Origin: Candidatus Chisholmbacteria bacterium RIFCSPHIGHO2_01_FULL_52_32
GTDB lineage: Bacteria; Patescibacteriota; Microgenomatia; UBA1400; Chisholmbacteraceae
DNA length: 64,000 nucleotides
NCBI GenBank assembly: GCA_001816585.1
Contig: MHCJ01000003.1
Location: 586,681-650,680 of the forward strand
Direction: 5' to 3'
The position numbers were made by a program, and so were the translations under genes. The notes beneath the pieces were generated by a model. The model did no database searches and was not told the DNA's origin. It was given only the letters and a program-made list of their open reading frames with translations. Numbering within the stretch: position 1 is the stretch's first letter; the number at the start of each line of letters is the position of its first letter. Shown here piece by piece: positions 7,987 to 17,009 of the stretch.

Positions 7987-10464
7987 TCATTGGGAGATCA
8001 GTTCCGGAGTGAGAGTATAGGTTTCCCCCGGTTTGATTTTGCCCTCAAGGATCTGTTTGGCGATTTTTTCCTCGACCTCGTTTTGAATGATGCGGCGAAG
8101 CTCCCTCGCTCCCCAGATTGGACTATACCCCTTCCGGGCAAGGGAGGCGACGAGCTCCTCACTAAACTTGATTTTGATTTCTTTTTCAGCCATGGTCTGT
8201 ATCACCTTTTTCAGCAACAATGTTGTAATTTCTTTTACCTGATTCTGGCTCAGGGGTTGATAAACGATAATACCCGTGAACCGGTTGAGAAACTCCGGCC
8301 GGAAGTGGCGCTTGAGACTCTCTAACACTTCTTCCCTGATCTTTGCAAAGGGCTTTCCTGCCTCAACGTCCAAAACGATGCTTTTGGTGCCGACATTCGT
8401 GGTCGCGATAAGGATGGTGTTTGCAAAATCCACGGTCCGTCCGGATCCGTCCGTCAGCCGTGCTTCATCAAGAAGCTGGAGGAACACATCCAAGATTTTG
8501 GGATTTGCCTTCTCAATCTCATCAAGGAGGATGACTGTAAAGGGCCGCCGGCGGACCGCTTCCGTGAGTTGTCCTCCCGCCTCATACCCCGGCATGCCCG
8601 GAGGCGGGCCAATCAGGCGATTGACGCTCTCATCGGTTTGAAACTCGGATAGATCCAACCTGACCATGGCATTTTCCGAGCCGAAATAGACTTGGGCAAG
8701 CGCCTTGGCCGTTTCGGTTTTTCCGACACCCGTGGCTCCGGCAAACAGAAAGCTCGCGAGCAGCCTTCCTTCTTCGGCCAGTCCTACCCGTGCTCTTCGC
8801 AAGGAATCGGCGAGATGTCCGATGGCTTCGTCCTGACCGACAACGCGCTCGTGGAGGGATTTTTCAAGGTTTAAGAGCAGGGTTTTTTCCTTTTGGGTAT
8901 CCGCTGCTCTGACGGGTATCTTGGTTTTCTCCGTGACCATTTCCTCGACTGCCTTTGTCGTCACCCGTCGTTCTCCCTCCTTCACTTTCTCAACCGTTTC
9001 CCCAAGAAGATCGATTGCACTGTCCGGAAGGAAGCGGTCATGGATGTAACGACGTGAGAGTTCGACGGCTGCCTTCAGGGACGCATAGGTGATGATCGTT
9101 TGATGATCGCGTTCAAGCTCGAAGGCTTTCCACTTAAGGATTTCGATTGCCTCCTCGGGAGTTGCCTCGGGAAGATCGATGCGGCGGAAAGTGCGGGCAA
9201 AGGCTTCATTTCCTTCGATGTAGCGTTTGTAGTTCCCCGGTGTTGTCGTGGCGATGAACTGGAACTCGCCCGCATCTAAGTGCGGCTCGAAGGCTGAAAG
9301 TACCGCGGCCGTTTCCCCTTCCTGGGCAGCAACCAAATTGTGGATCTCATCCACGAGGAGAATGACGTTGCCGGCCACCCTGATTTCATCAATGATACCA
9401 ACCAGCCGCTGTTTGACCTTTGCGAGGGATCCTGAGGTTGCGGCCGCAATGTCCAGCGCCACCAAACGCTTGAAGCGAAGACCCTTATACTCGGTCCCGC
9501 GAATGATCTCGTAGCTTAATCCTTCGACCAGGGTTGTCTTTCCGCTCCCCGGCTCTCCGACTATGATGACGTTCTCCTTTCCCTCTTTTCCAAGAATGCG
9601 GACGGTTTCCGCAATCTTCTCCTTCCTGCCGATTACCTCGTGGAGTTTGGCACGGGCCGCAAGTCCCGTCAGGTCAGTTGAGACGCGATTAAGCTCGGGA
9701 GTGATGATGCCGGTCCAACCGCGGTTGACCCCGCCGATGGGGCGGACCGGGTAGTCATCCTCCCAGATCCAGGGGAGGTGTACCCACTTCCTTTTCTCTT
9801 CCGACCATTCCCAGGCTTTTTGCGCCAATTCTTTGTGAAAGTTCAGCAAGCCAAGGAGGGACAAAAAAAGGTGCTCGGAGTGTAATTTCTGTTTTGGCGC
9901 GGCGAGCGCTTTGGCATCCCGAAGAATTTCCTCAACGGTGAGGTTCGGCGGATTTTTCGGAAGTTCATCCTTGTCTTTTTCCATGAGGAATAAGAGTGCT
10001 TGAATCTTCGGGTCACTGAGAAGCAGTTCCCGCAGATGCTTGGGATCTCCTCCGGCATTGAGCAAAAGAAGGCGAACGGGGTCGCGCAGTCTTCCCACAA
10101 TCTCGGAGGACACATCGACAATCCATACCCCAGAAAGGAGAGGCAGGGTCCACGGCATGGTAATAAGAAAGAAGGGAAGGATCAGCCAAACTGCCAACCA
10201 AAAGACCATTGCCACGAAGACTGCAATGAGAACGATGCCTCCGATTGCTGCTCGGGTTGTACGGAATATGAGGCTGAGGGAGCGTCCGATCAGAGTGGTA
10301 TCCTGCCAAACGGGAACGAGCCATAATCGCACCATGAGTGTTGCGGCAAGCTCGTTATCAAGAAAGATGAGAAGCCTTTTTATAAAACGGAGCCACCAGA
10401 GCGGGGTTTCGATGTACCAAAAGCGGGGGAAGTGGGTAAGATCAAGGAGAAGCTTCGGCAGCAT
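7987..10464 (-). CDS. Clp/Hsp100 two-AAA+ ATPase with N-terminal membrane domain
   Basis: GEPGSGKT/LLVDEIH and GATGVGKT/LLDEIEK, RFLPDSAIDL, FRPEFLNR, GARELRR; hydrophobic N-terminus. Confidence 0.9.
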   Translation of the reverse strand: MLPKLLLDLTHFPRFWYIETPLWWLRFIKRLLIFLDNELAATLMVRLWLVPVWQDTTLIGRSLSLIFRTTRAAIGGIVLIAVFVAMVFWLAVWLILPFFLITMPWTLPLLSGVWIVDVSSEIVGRLRDPVRLLLLNAGGDPKHLRELLLSDPKIQALLFLMEKDKDELPKNPPNLTVEEILRDAKALAAPKQKLHSEHLFLSLLGLLNFHKELAQKAWEWSEEKRKWVHLPWIWEDDYPVRPIGGVNRGWTGIITPELNRVSTDLTGLAARAKLHEVIGRKEKIAETVRILGKEGKENVIIVGEPGSGKTTLVEGLSYEIIRGTEYKGLRFKRLVALDIAAATSGSLAKVKQRLVGIIDEIRVAGNVILLVDEIHNLVAAQEGETAAVLSAFEPHLDAGEFQFIATTTPGNYKRYIEGNEAFARTFRRIDLPEATPEEAIEILKWKAFELERDHQTIITYASLKAAVELSRRYIHDRFLPDSAIDLLGETVEKVKEGERRVTTKAVEEMVTEKTKIPVRAADTQKEKTLLLNLEKSLHERVVGQDEAIGHLADSLRRARVGLAEEGRLLASFLFAGATGVGKTETAKALAQVYFGSENAMVRLDLSEFQTDESVNRLIGPPPGMPGYEAGGQLTEAVRRRPFTVILLDEIEKANPKILDVFLQLLDEARLTDGSGRTVDFANTILIATTNVGTKSIVLDVEAGKPFAKIREEVLESLKRHFRPEFLNRFTGIIVYQPLSQNQVKEITTLLLKKVIQTMAEKEIKIKFSEELVASLARKGYSPIWGARELRRIIQNEVEEKIAKQILEGKIKPGETYTLTPELISQ

Positions 10465-10489
10465 AGATCTATTGTACCAGGAAGGGAAA

Positions 10490-10563
10490 AGAGGGTGGAG
10501 GGTAGAGGGTGGAGGGTAGAGGGTTTAGGGGTTAGGGTTTAGGGGTTAGGGTTTAGGGTTTAG
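10490..10563. repeat. G-rich heptamer array (GAGGGTG/GAGGGTA/TAGGGTT/TAGGGGT)
   Basis: About 10 units; supplies the KP-stop of the upstream ORF. Confidence 0.9.
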
Positions 10564-10984
10564 TCTCATCTCCTTGTTCGCCGGCTTTTGTCGCTTCATC
10601 AATCACATCGGCGCAGAACTCCCGCTTGACTTTCCCGAGCTGTTCTTTCGGCAACGCTTTGACCCGTTCCGTGAGGTCATCAACCGTCTCTTTCACCAAC
10701 AATTCCGGTCCTTTTTGATCCAGTTTGGCTTTGCTTCCAAGGACCTCCTGCCCGATCTGCGTTGCCAAACTTACGATTTGTGCGGTTTGGCTCTGCACAT
10801 TTCTTGCGGCTTTGATGATCATCTCCCTGTTCTTGTCAATTGCCGGGGCATAGCTTGGGGCGATTTTCGGTACCAGGAAAAAGTAACCTAAGGCTGCAAG
10901 GGTTAGCCAAAACATCCGTTTAAAAAGTTTCTTGAGCTTTCTTTTTCGTTTCACCTCCGGAGGGATGAGCTTTAGTCTCTTCAT
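10553..10984 (-). CDS. Hypothetical single-TM protein
   Basis: Basic N-terminus, TM, helical C-domain; ATG at 10984. Confidence 0.65.
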   Translation of the reverse strand: MKRLKLIPPEVKRKRKLKKLFKRMFWLTLAALGYFFLVPKIAPSYAPAIDKNREMIIKAARNVQSQTAQIVSLATQIGQEVLGSKAKLDQKGPELLVKETVDDLTERVKALPKEQLGKVKREFCADVIDEATKAGEQGDETKP

Positions 10985-11000
10985 GTTTTTTCCGTAATTC

Positions 11001-12626
11001 TCAGAGGTCGTATCGGTAGAGCTTCCGTCGCCCGAGCACAAAGAGCGGAAGTGCCAGGATAATTGTTACGGCCACAAGAAGGGCCATGGCTATGGTAAAG
11101 GAAAGTGATCCCAGAACTGCCTGATAGAACGTCCATCCGGAAAGAGCGATGAATACCAGGGAGAGGGTGATGGCCGCGAGTCCCGAACCGCTGGTTGAGT
11201 TCGCTTCGAGATTCTCGGACTCCAGAAAATTCGGTGCGATGGTGCCTAAGAAGAGTTGTGTCAAGGCAACTCCCAGGCTCATTATGAGGAGGAACACGGT
11301 GAAGATCAGCGTGGTAAAGAACGGCAGTTCCATCAGGGAGCCCGCCACAAGACCGATGATTATTGACGGCAAACAGAGCACGGCTGCGAACCACATTTTG
11401 ACGAAGAGGAGCGCTTCACGCTTTACGGGAATGCTGAACACGAGCCATGCCGCCCGTTTCTCTCTTGCAATTAAGGGGTAAACCAACCGTGCAGACAGAG
11501 TCATCGAAAGATACGAGAGCCCTACCAGGCTTAAGGCGTAAACGGTCGGGAGGAGTTCCGGAGCAACCTCAGTCAATTTGGGAACACTTCGCATCATAAA
11601 CAGAAGCACAATGGATAGTCCGCTCAGGAATGCCACGTAGGTGACTTCGGACGGTCGTCTTGATACCATCAGCACTTCGTTGACAAAAAGCGCCGAGGTT
11701 GCCGTCGGCTTGAGCAACGGGAATCTCGAGGGTCCGATTGTCGGCGCAATTGACTTCCCCGCGAGTACCCTTCCTTCATGGATAGACCTGTACGATGCAA
11801 GATACCACTTCTTTCCCCACCATTGCCCTAAAAGGACAATGCCGATTGTCGTCGCGACGGCAAAAAGGGTCATCTCGGATATCCCTTCGGTGATTGTGGT
11901 TGCCAGCCAATTGGTCGGAAGAAGCGTTGAAGCCAGGGGGAGCTGTCCGAGCTGTTTCTGAAACGCCGGCCAGTCCGTTGCGAAGTATAAACGGAAGAAC
12001 GATGGGGGGAAGAGAAACCGCATGAGAAGGAGTGCACCCGATCCCACCACAAAAAATATCGCCGCAATCCCTTTCCTCGAGAGGGTGCCAAATCGCCGAA
12101 CCATTGAAACCGTTACAAGATTTCCGATCGTCACACTTGAAAAAGAAAGGCATAAGTATGCAAGGATGCTTCGGGGGATAGCATCGGGTCCTACAGCAAA
12201 GCTTGTCTGATATGCCAGAGTCACCGGCATCATGATAAGGATGAGGAAACCGCTAGATCCGACCAGTGTTCCCAGCGTGCGGGAAATATAGAGCTTTCCG
12301 ATGGAGACCGGGGCCGTTAAGAGGAACCGTAAAAAATCCGGACGGAACAACGCGCTTGCGCTGGCGGAGATTGTACTGGCTATTGAGAATACGAATAGGA
12401 TGAGCAAAGCGGCGTTGACACTGTAGTTTGCGACAGCACGGCCAAATTCCTCCTGAGGAGCCAGGAACGCAAAGAACGTTCTTGAAAAAACGAATTCTAT
12501 CCCCGTTACCAAGGCGACGACCAAGGTGAAGCCGAGGACAACAACGCCTTTGGTTCCGGTGTAAGTACTAAACCAGTTTCTGATGCGCAAGAAGTCCAGA
12601 CGAAGAAGGGCAGAAACCTGCTTCAT
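11001..12626 (-). CDS. Putative ABC-2-type exporter permease (about 12 TM)
   Basis: Multi-TM, FLLTAPV and LPTNW motifs; coupled to ATPase. Confidence 0.8.
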   Translation of the reverse strand: MKQVSALLRLDFLRIRNWFSTYTGTKGVVVLGFTLVVALVTGIEFVFSRTFFAFLAPQEEFGRAVANYSVNAALLILFVFSIASTISASASALFRPDFLRFLLTAPVSIGKLYISRTLGTLVGSSGFLILIMMPVTLAYQTSFAVGPDAIPRSILAYLCLSFSSVTIGNLVTVSMVRRFGTLSRKGIAAIFFVVGSGALLLMRFLFPPSFFRLYFATDWPAFQKQLGQLPLASTLLPTNWLATTITEGISEMTLFAVATTIGIVLLGQWWGKKWYLASYRSIHEGRVLAGKSIAPTIGPSRFPLLKPTATSALFVNEVLMVSRRPSEVTYVAFLSGLSIVLLFMMRSVPKLTEVAPELLPTVYALSLVGLSYLSMTLSARLVYPLIAREKRAAWLVFSIPVKREALLFVKMWFAAVLCLPSIIIGLVAGSLMELPFFTTLIFTVFLLIMSLGVALTQLFLGTIAPNFLESENLEANSTSGSGLAAITLSLVFIALSGWTFYQAVLGSLSFTIAMALLVAVTIILALPLFVLGRRKLYRYDL

Positions 12627-13363
12627 GGCGTATTCCCCGTGATACCCAGATAGAGCTCTTCAAGATTTGCGTTCGCTTTCTTGGCCTTCCCGCGAAGATT
12701 TTCGAGCGTTCCTTCCTCAATCAGTCTTCCTTCCCTAAGGATTCCAATTTTTTCTGCTAATATTTGCGCCACGCTCAAGGTGTGGGTACAGAGGAATACG
12801 CTTCCCCCTTTTTTTACAAAATCCTTGAGCAGCCGCAGGGTGACATTCTGGCTTTGTACATCAAGACCAACGACCGGTTCATCGATCACGAGGAGCTTCG
12901 GTTGATGAAGGAAGGCAGCAATGATGACCGTTTTCTGTTTGTTTCCTCTCGAGTAATCTGCAAACCGCCCGTCAACGACAGCTTCAAGATTGTAGAGAGA
13001 AAGGAACTTCGCGAGCCTTTCTTTGGTTTCTTTCCTTGAAAGGCCATAGCAATCACCGACGAACTCAAGAAACTCCCTTCCCGTTAGGTAATCGTAGACG
13101 AAAGGGTCATCGGGGATATATGCCAGGTCTTTTTTTATAGCAACCGGCTCTGTTTCGATGTTTTTTTGAAAAATCTCGATTGTCCCACTGGTTGGGGCAA
13201 GAAGACCGGTTACCATCTTCACCGTGGTTGTCTTTCCGGCACCGTTCGGCCCGATCAGTGCATAGGTCTCTCCCGCTTTGACGGAAAGAGAGAGGTCAAC
13301 CACCGCTTGGGTGCTGCCGAAGTTTTTTGAAACGTTTTGAAGTTCGATCAAATTGCCGGACAC
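12623..13363 (-). CDS. ABC transporter ATP-binding protein
   Basis: GPNGAGKT, YSRGNKQK, IDEP, H-loop. Confidence 0.9.
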   Translation of the reverse strand: MSGNLIELQNVSKNFGSTQAVVDLSLSVKAGETYALIGPNGAGKTTTVKMVTGLLAPTSGTIEIFQKNIETEPVAIKKDLAYIPDDPFVYDYLTGREFLEFVGDCYGLSRKETKERLAKFLSLYNLEAVVDGRFADYSRGNKQKTVIIAAFLHQPKLLVIDEPVVGLDVQSQNVTLRLLKDFVKKGGSVFLCTHTLSVAQILAEKIGILREGRLIEEGTLENLRGKAKKANANLEELYLGITGNTP

Positions 13364-13420
13364 TCAAGTCATTGTAGCAGAGGTGCTTGCTTGCCTCAAT
13401 ACAACTCCTGTCGCGGTATC

Positions 13421-13472
13421 CTACCCGTAGCGTAAAGCCTCGATCCTTCGACTAACTCAGGATTTCGGCTTA
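13421..13472 (-). pseudogene. Relic second copy of a MacB-permease 3' end (SRNP|IEALRYG-stop) interrupted by a REP-like insert
   Basis: 13421-13445 matches 13522-13546 at 20/25 nt, mostly synonymous changes. Confidence 0.5.
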
Positions 13473-13515
13473 TTCAACGACGTTGAGCTCTCAACCCTTC
13501 GACAAGCTCAGGGTT
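13442..13515. repeat. Two REP-like hairpins (ccttcgactaactcagg, cccttcgacaagctcaggg)
   Basis: Two related copies with short stems. Confidence 0.7.
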
Positions 13516-13521
13516 TTCGCG

Positions 13522-14727
13522 CTACTCGTAGCGTAGCGCTTCAATCGGCGAGAGGCGGGCGGCACGGCGGGCGGGATAGACCCCGAAGATGATCCCGACC
13601 GCGGCCGAGACGCCGAAGGCAACCAGCACCGCCCACAGCGGGGTATTGACCGGAAGGAAATTGTTGGCAATTGCGCCGATCAGAACCCCGAGCAACGTAC
13701 CGATGATCCCTCCGAGGAGGCTTAAGATCACCGCCTCCATCAAGAACTGGAACAGGATCGTCTTGGGTGTTGCCCCGACGGCTTTGCGAAGTCCGATTTC
13801 GCGGGTCCTCTCCGTCACCGAGACGAGCATGATATTCATGATCCCGATGCCGCCGACCAAGAGGGAGATTGCCGCGATCCCCCCGAGGGCTGCGGTGATC
13901 GTCCCGAGGATATTCTGAAATGTCGACAAGAGCTCCTGAGAATTCAAGACCGAAAATTCATTTTCTTCGAGGCGCTGGCCCAAAACCTCTCTTATTTCCC
14001 GCATGCTGGCTTCGAGATCGGCTCCCTCATGAACCCGGACGTAAAAGTACGACAACTTATCAATATTGAATTGTTGCCGAAGTGTTGAAATCGGAATGAT
14101 GAGTTGATCGTCCTGGTCGTTCCCGAAAGTGGCTCCTTTGCTCTCGAGTACCCCGATAATCTGGTATTTTTTTCCCGAAATGCTGACTTTTTCTCCGATC
14201 GGATCTTTCGTGCCGAACAGATCTTCAACAACCGTCATTCCGGCAACGGCGACGCGTTTGCCGCTATCAACGTCCTTTTTCCCAAACCACTTCCCTGACA
14301 TCACCGGGGATTTACGGAATGTCTCGTATTGCTCCGTTGATCCGATAATAAAGGTGCTGGTTTCTTCTCCCCGGTAGGTGATTGTCGCGTTCGTCGTGGT
14401 GATCGGAAGCGTGGCTTCGACCGTCTGGACTTTTCGGGCGACGCGTTCGGCGTCCTTTTGGGTTAACTTGTTGGAGGCTACTCCCGGTGGCCCACCCTCT
14501 CTGGAATCGCGGAATTGAAACTTCCCCGGCATGACGAAAAGAAGGTTGGTCCCCAAATCTTCAAACTGCTGGGTGATCATCTTTTCCAGACCGGAGCCGA
14601 ATGAAACCAGGAGAATGACCGCCATCACCCCGATGATGATACCAAGCGTCGTTAACGTTGACCTCGTTTTATTTGTCACCAGCGCACGCAACGCAACCCT
14701 GGTGACATTTCGGAGGTTGAATTTCAT
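13522..14727 (-). CDS. MacB/FtsX-family ABC permease
   Basis: RSTLTTLGIIIGV, GGIGIMNIMLVSVTERTREIG, PIEALRYE. Confidence 0.92.
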   Translation of the reverse strand: MKFNLRNVTRVALRALVTNKTRSTLTTLGIIIGVMAVILLVSFGSGLEKMITQQFEDLGTNLLFVMPGKFQFRDSREGGPPGVASNKLTQKDAERVARKVQTVEATLPITTTNATITYRGEETSTFIIGSTEQYETFRKSPVMSGKWFGKKDVDSGKRVAVAGMTVVEDLFGTKDPIGEKVSISGKKYQIIGVLESKGATFGNDQDDQLIIPISTLRQQFNIDKLSYFYVRVHEGADLEASMREIREVLGQRLEENEFSVLNSQELLSTFQNILGTITAALGGIAAISLLVGGIGIMNIMLVSVTERTREIGLRKAVGATPKTILFQFLMEAVILSLLGGIIGTLLGVLIGAIANNFLPVNTPLWAVLVAFGVSAAVGIIFGVYPARRAARLSPIEALRYE

Positions 14728-15452
14728 CTGCCGCCCCCCTTATTCTTCAAATGCACTTTCTTTCCGTCTTTCCTGTCGCTGACGATCTTCCCGTCACGCA
14801 TGCTGATTATCCGTTTGGCAAAAGCTGCGACTTCCGATTCATGGGTGACGAGGACGATGGTTTTCCCTTCGCGATGTAGATCGGTCATGAGGTCCATGAT
14901 TTCCCGGCCCGATTTCGTGTCTAGATTTCCCGTGGGTTCATCGGCAAAGATGACCTCGGGATTATTGATGAGCGCCCGGGCGATGGCGACCCGTTGTTGC
15001 TGGCCGCCGGAGAGCTGGGATGGAGTATTATTGAGCCGGTCTCCCAGACCAACACCTGCGAGCATATCCCGTGCTCTCTGTTGTCTTTCATGTCTTGTGA
15101 TATCCGTATAGAGAAGCGGTAACTGTACGTTCTCAAGCGCAGAGGTTCTGGGAAGCAGATTGAACTGTTGAAAAACAAACCCCACTTTCTGATTCCTAAT
15201 ATGGGCAAGCTGCTCTTCCGAAAAGTTCGTCGTATCGACGCCTTCGAATGTGATCGTTCCGGAAGACGGATTATCCAAGAGCGAACAGATATGCATGAGG
15301 GTGGATTTTCCCGATCCGGAGGGACCGATGACGGCGACGAATTCTCCCTTTTCGATTGCAAGACTTACGGAGTTTATCGCGTGGATGGTCGATTCTCCGA
15401 GTTGGTAGGTTTTGAATACATTTTGGAGCGCGATAAGTCCATGATTTTTCAT
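14724..15452 (-). CDS. MacB/LolD-type ABC ATP-binding protein
   Basis: GPSGSGKS, LSGGQQQR, ADEPTGNLD. Confidence 0.92.
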   Translation of the reverse strand: MKNHGLIALQNVFKTYQLGESTIHAINSVSLAIEKGEFVAVIGPSGSGKSTLMHICSLLDNPSSGTITFEGVDTTNFSEEQLAHIRNQKVGFVFQQFNLLPRTSALENVQLPLLYTDITRHERQQRARDMLAGVGLGDRLNNTPSQLSGGQQQRVAIARALINNPEVIFADEPTGNLDTKSGREIMDLMTDLHREGKTIVLVTHESEVAAFAKRIISMRDGKIVSDRKDGKKVHLKNKGGGR

Positions 15453-15568
15453 GTCATACCCCTCGTCCTCCAGAATGCGCACTTCATAGGCTTATTCAGC
15501 CACATTGCGCATCTGGAGTCCATTAGGTATTGCACACTATGTTTATTGCAATTCAGAATATAAGGAGT

Positions 15569-16672
15569 TTATCCACGCCGTAACTTTTGAACGTCAATTT
15601 TACCCTCAACAGATCCCGGAAGAACAACTTCACTTCCTTCTTTAAGGCCCGCAACGATTTCTATCTCATCGTCCGTCTCGAGTCCTGTTGCGACGGTTTG
15701 ACGCACAAATGCACCATCCTTGTACACAACGACAAACGGTCCTTCATCGTCTTTATCGACCGCATCAAACGGGAGCGACAGCACATCCTTTTTTTCTTCA
15801 ACAATAATCGAGACATCGCCATTAAATCCCTTGCGGTAAGCGATCCCCTCAATCACGGGCAGGGCAAGCTTCACCAGAAACACCGTCCCGCCTCCTTCCG
15901 AGGTCGAGGCGGTGAAGTCAATCCAGGTTACTTGTGAGCGTATATCCCTGTTTTCGTACGCATCCAGGGAAATGATTGCCTTGTCGCCTGTGCTTGCGGA
16001 AGAAACGTCGGTTTCGTCAACCTCGGCTTCGAAATACATTGTGTCCGGGTTGACAATGCTTATCGTATCCGAGGCCGTCAGATTGACTCCGGCAACCGGC
16101 GTATCGACCCTGGTGACGATGCCCTCGATCGGAGAAACTAAGGTCGCAAGTTCAATGGCCAGATTCTTGATTTCAACATCAATGATCGCACTCGTCAGAT
16201 CGTAGTGTGCCTGCTCGAGGATTCTCTTGAACCTGTCGCTGACCTGGGGATTATCGGAAACCGCCTGGCCATAATCACGAAGTTCTTTTTCGAAGTCGTT
16301 CAAATCCTGCCGTAGTTGTTTCTCAAGCGTTCGCTTGTCCAGGCCAGCAACGGCCTGCCATTTCTTGACACGGTCCCCTTCTTTTACCCCGATCCATGCC
16401 AGTTTTCCGAGGGTTTGGAAGTGGAGATCTACGGTTTCTTCGGCTTGAACTTCTCCGGAGACTTCGATTGTTTGTGTCAGGTCGGCCTTGGTAACCGCTG
16501 CGGTTTTATATTCCGGGGGGCGTGCCCGAAGATAGATTGAGCGGCCGATCAAAATTCCCCCCACAATGGCGACGAGGACCAGGACTGAGACCCGCTTCCT
16601 GCGCTTTGCTTTCTGCCACAGATCGCCGATGACTTTTCTCGTTTGCATTTGCTTTCCAATTCGAATATTCAT
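15569..16672 (-). CDS. MacA-like periplasmic adaptor (membrane fusion protein)
   Basis: N-terminal TM, VKEGDRVKK, LVSPIEG, VDETDV, GLKEGSEVV. Confidence 0.88.
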   Translation of the reverse strand: MNIRIGKQMQTRKVIGDLWQKAKRRKRVSVLVLVAIVGGILIGRSIYLRARPPEYKTAAVTKADLTQTIEVSGEVQAEETVDLHFQTLGKLAWIGVKEGDRVKKWQAVAGLDKRTLEKQLRQDLNDFEKELRDYGQAVSDNPQVSDRFKRILEQAHYDLTSAIIDVEIKNLAIELATLVSPIEGIVTRVDTPVAGVNLTASDTISIVNPDTMYFEAEVDETDVSSASTGDKAIISLDAYENRDIRSQVTWIDFTASTSEGGGTVFLVKLALPVIEGIAYRKGFNGDVSIIVEEKKDVLSLPFDAVDKDDEGPFVVVYKDGAFVRQTVATGLETDDEIEIVAGLKEGSEVVLPGSVEGKIDVQKLRRG

Positions 16673-16772
16673 GCCCTATTTTACCACGCGCTTGCCTGGT
16701 TTTTGACCGGTGGTATCTCCCTAACAGTTTTTGGTCTTGACATATGCCCTTTCAGCCATCAATATTAATAGT

Positions 16773-17009
16773 ATGAGACGACTTATTCGTTATGCATTGG
16801 CAGCCGGAGAGGCAGCGCTTTTGAAGCTTGTCATGGCTACACCGGTTCTGGCCCAAACCGCTACCCCTTCTTCCGAGAGCACCGGATCGGCGCTACCCGA
16901 GGCGGGGACAGCATCAACAACACTCCTCATCCTGGTGTTCGGAGTCGTCGTGGTTTCAACCGGATTGATCCTTTTCCGAAGAAGTGCCCCGCAAGAAGTA
17001 AAGATTTAA
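16773..17009 (+). CDS. Tiny secreted LPxAG sortase-substrate-like protein
   Basis: Signal peptide ending VLA-Q, about 13-aa Ser/Thr stretch, LPEAG, TM, RR. Confidence 0.7.
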   Translation: MRRLIRYALAAGEAALLKLVMATPVLAQTATPSSESTGSALPEAGTASTTLLILVFGVVVVSTGLILFRRSAPQEVKI

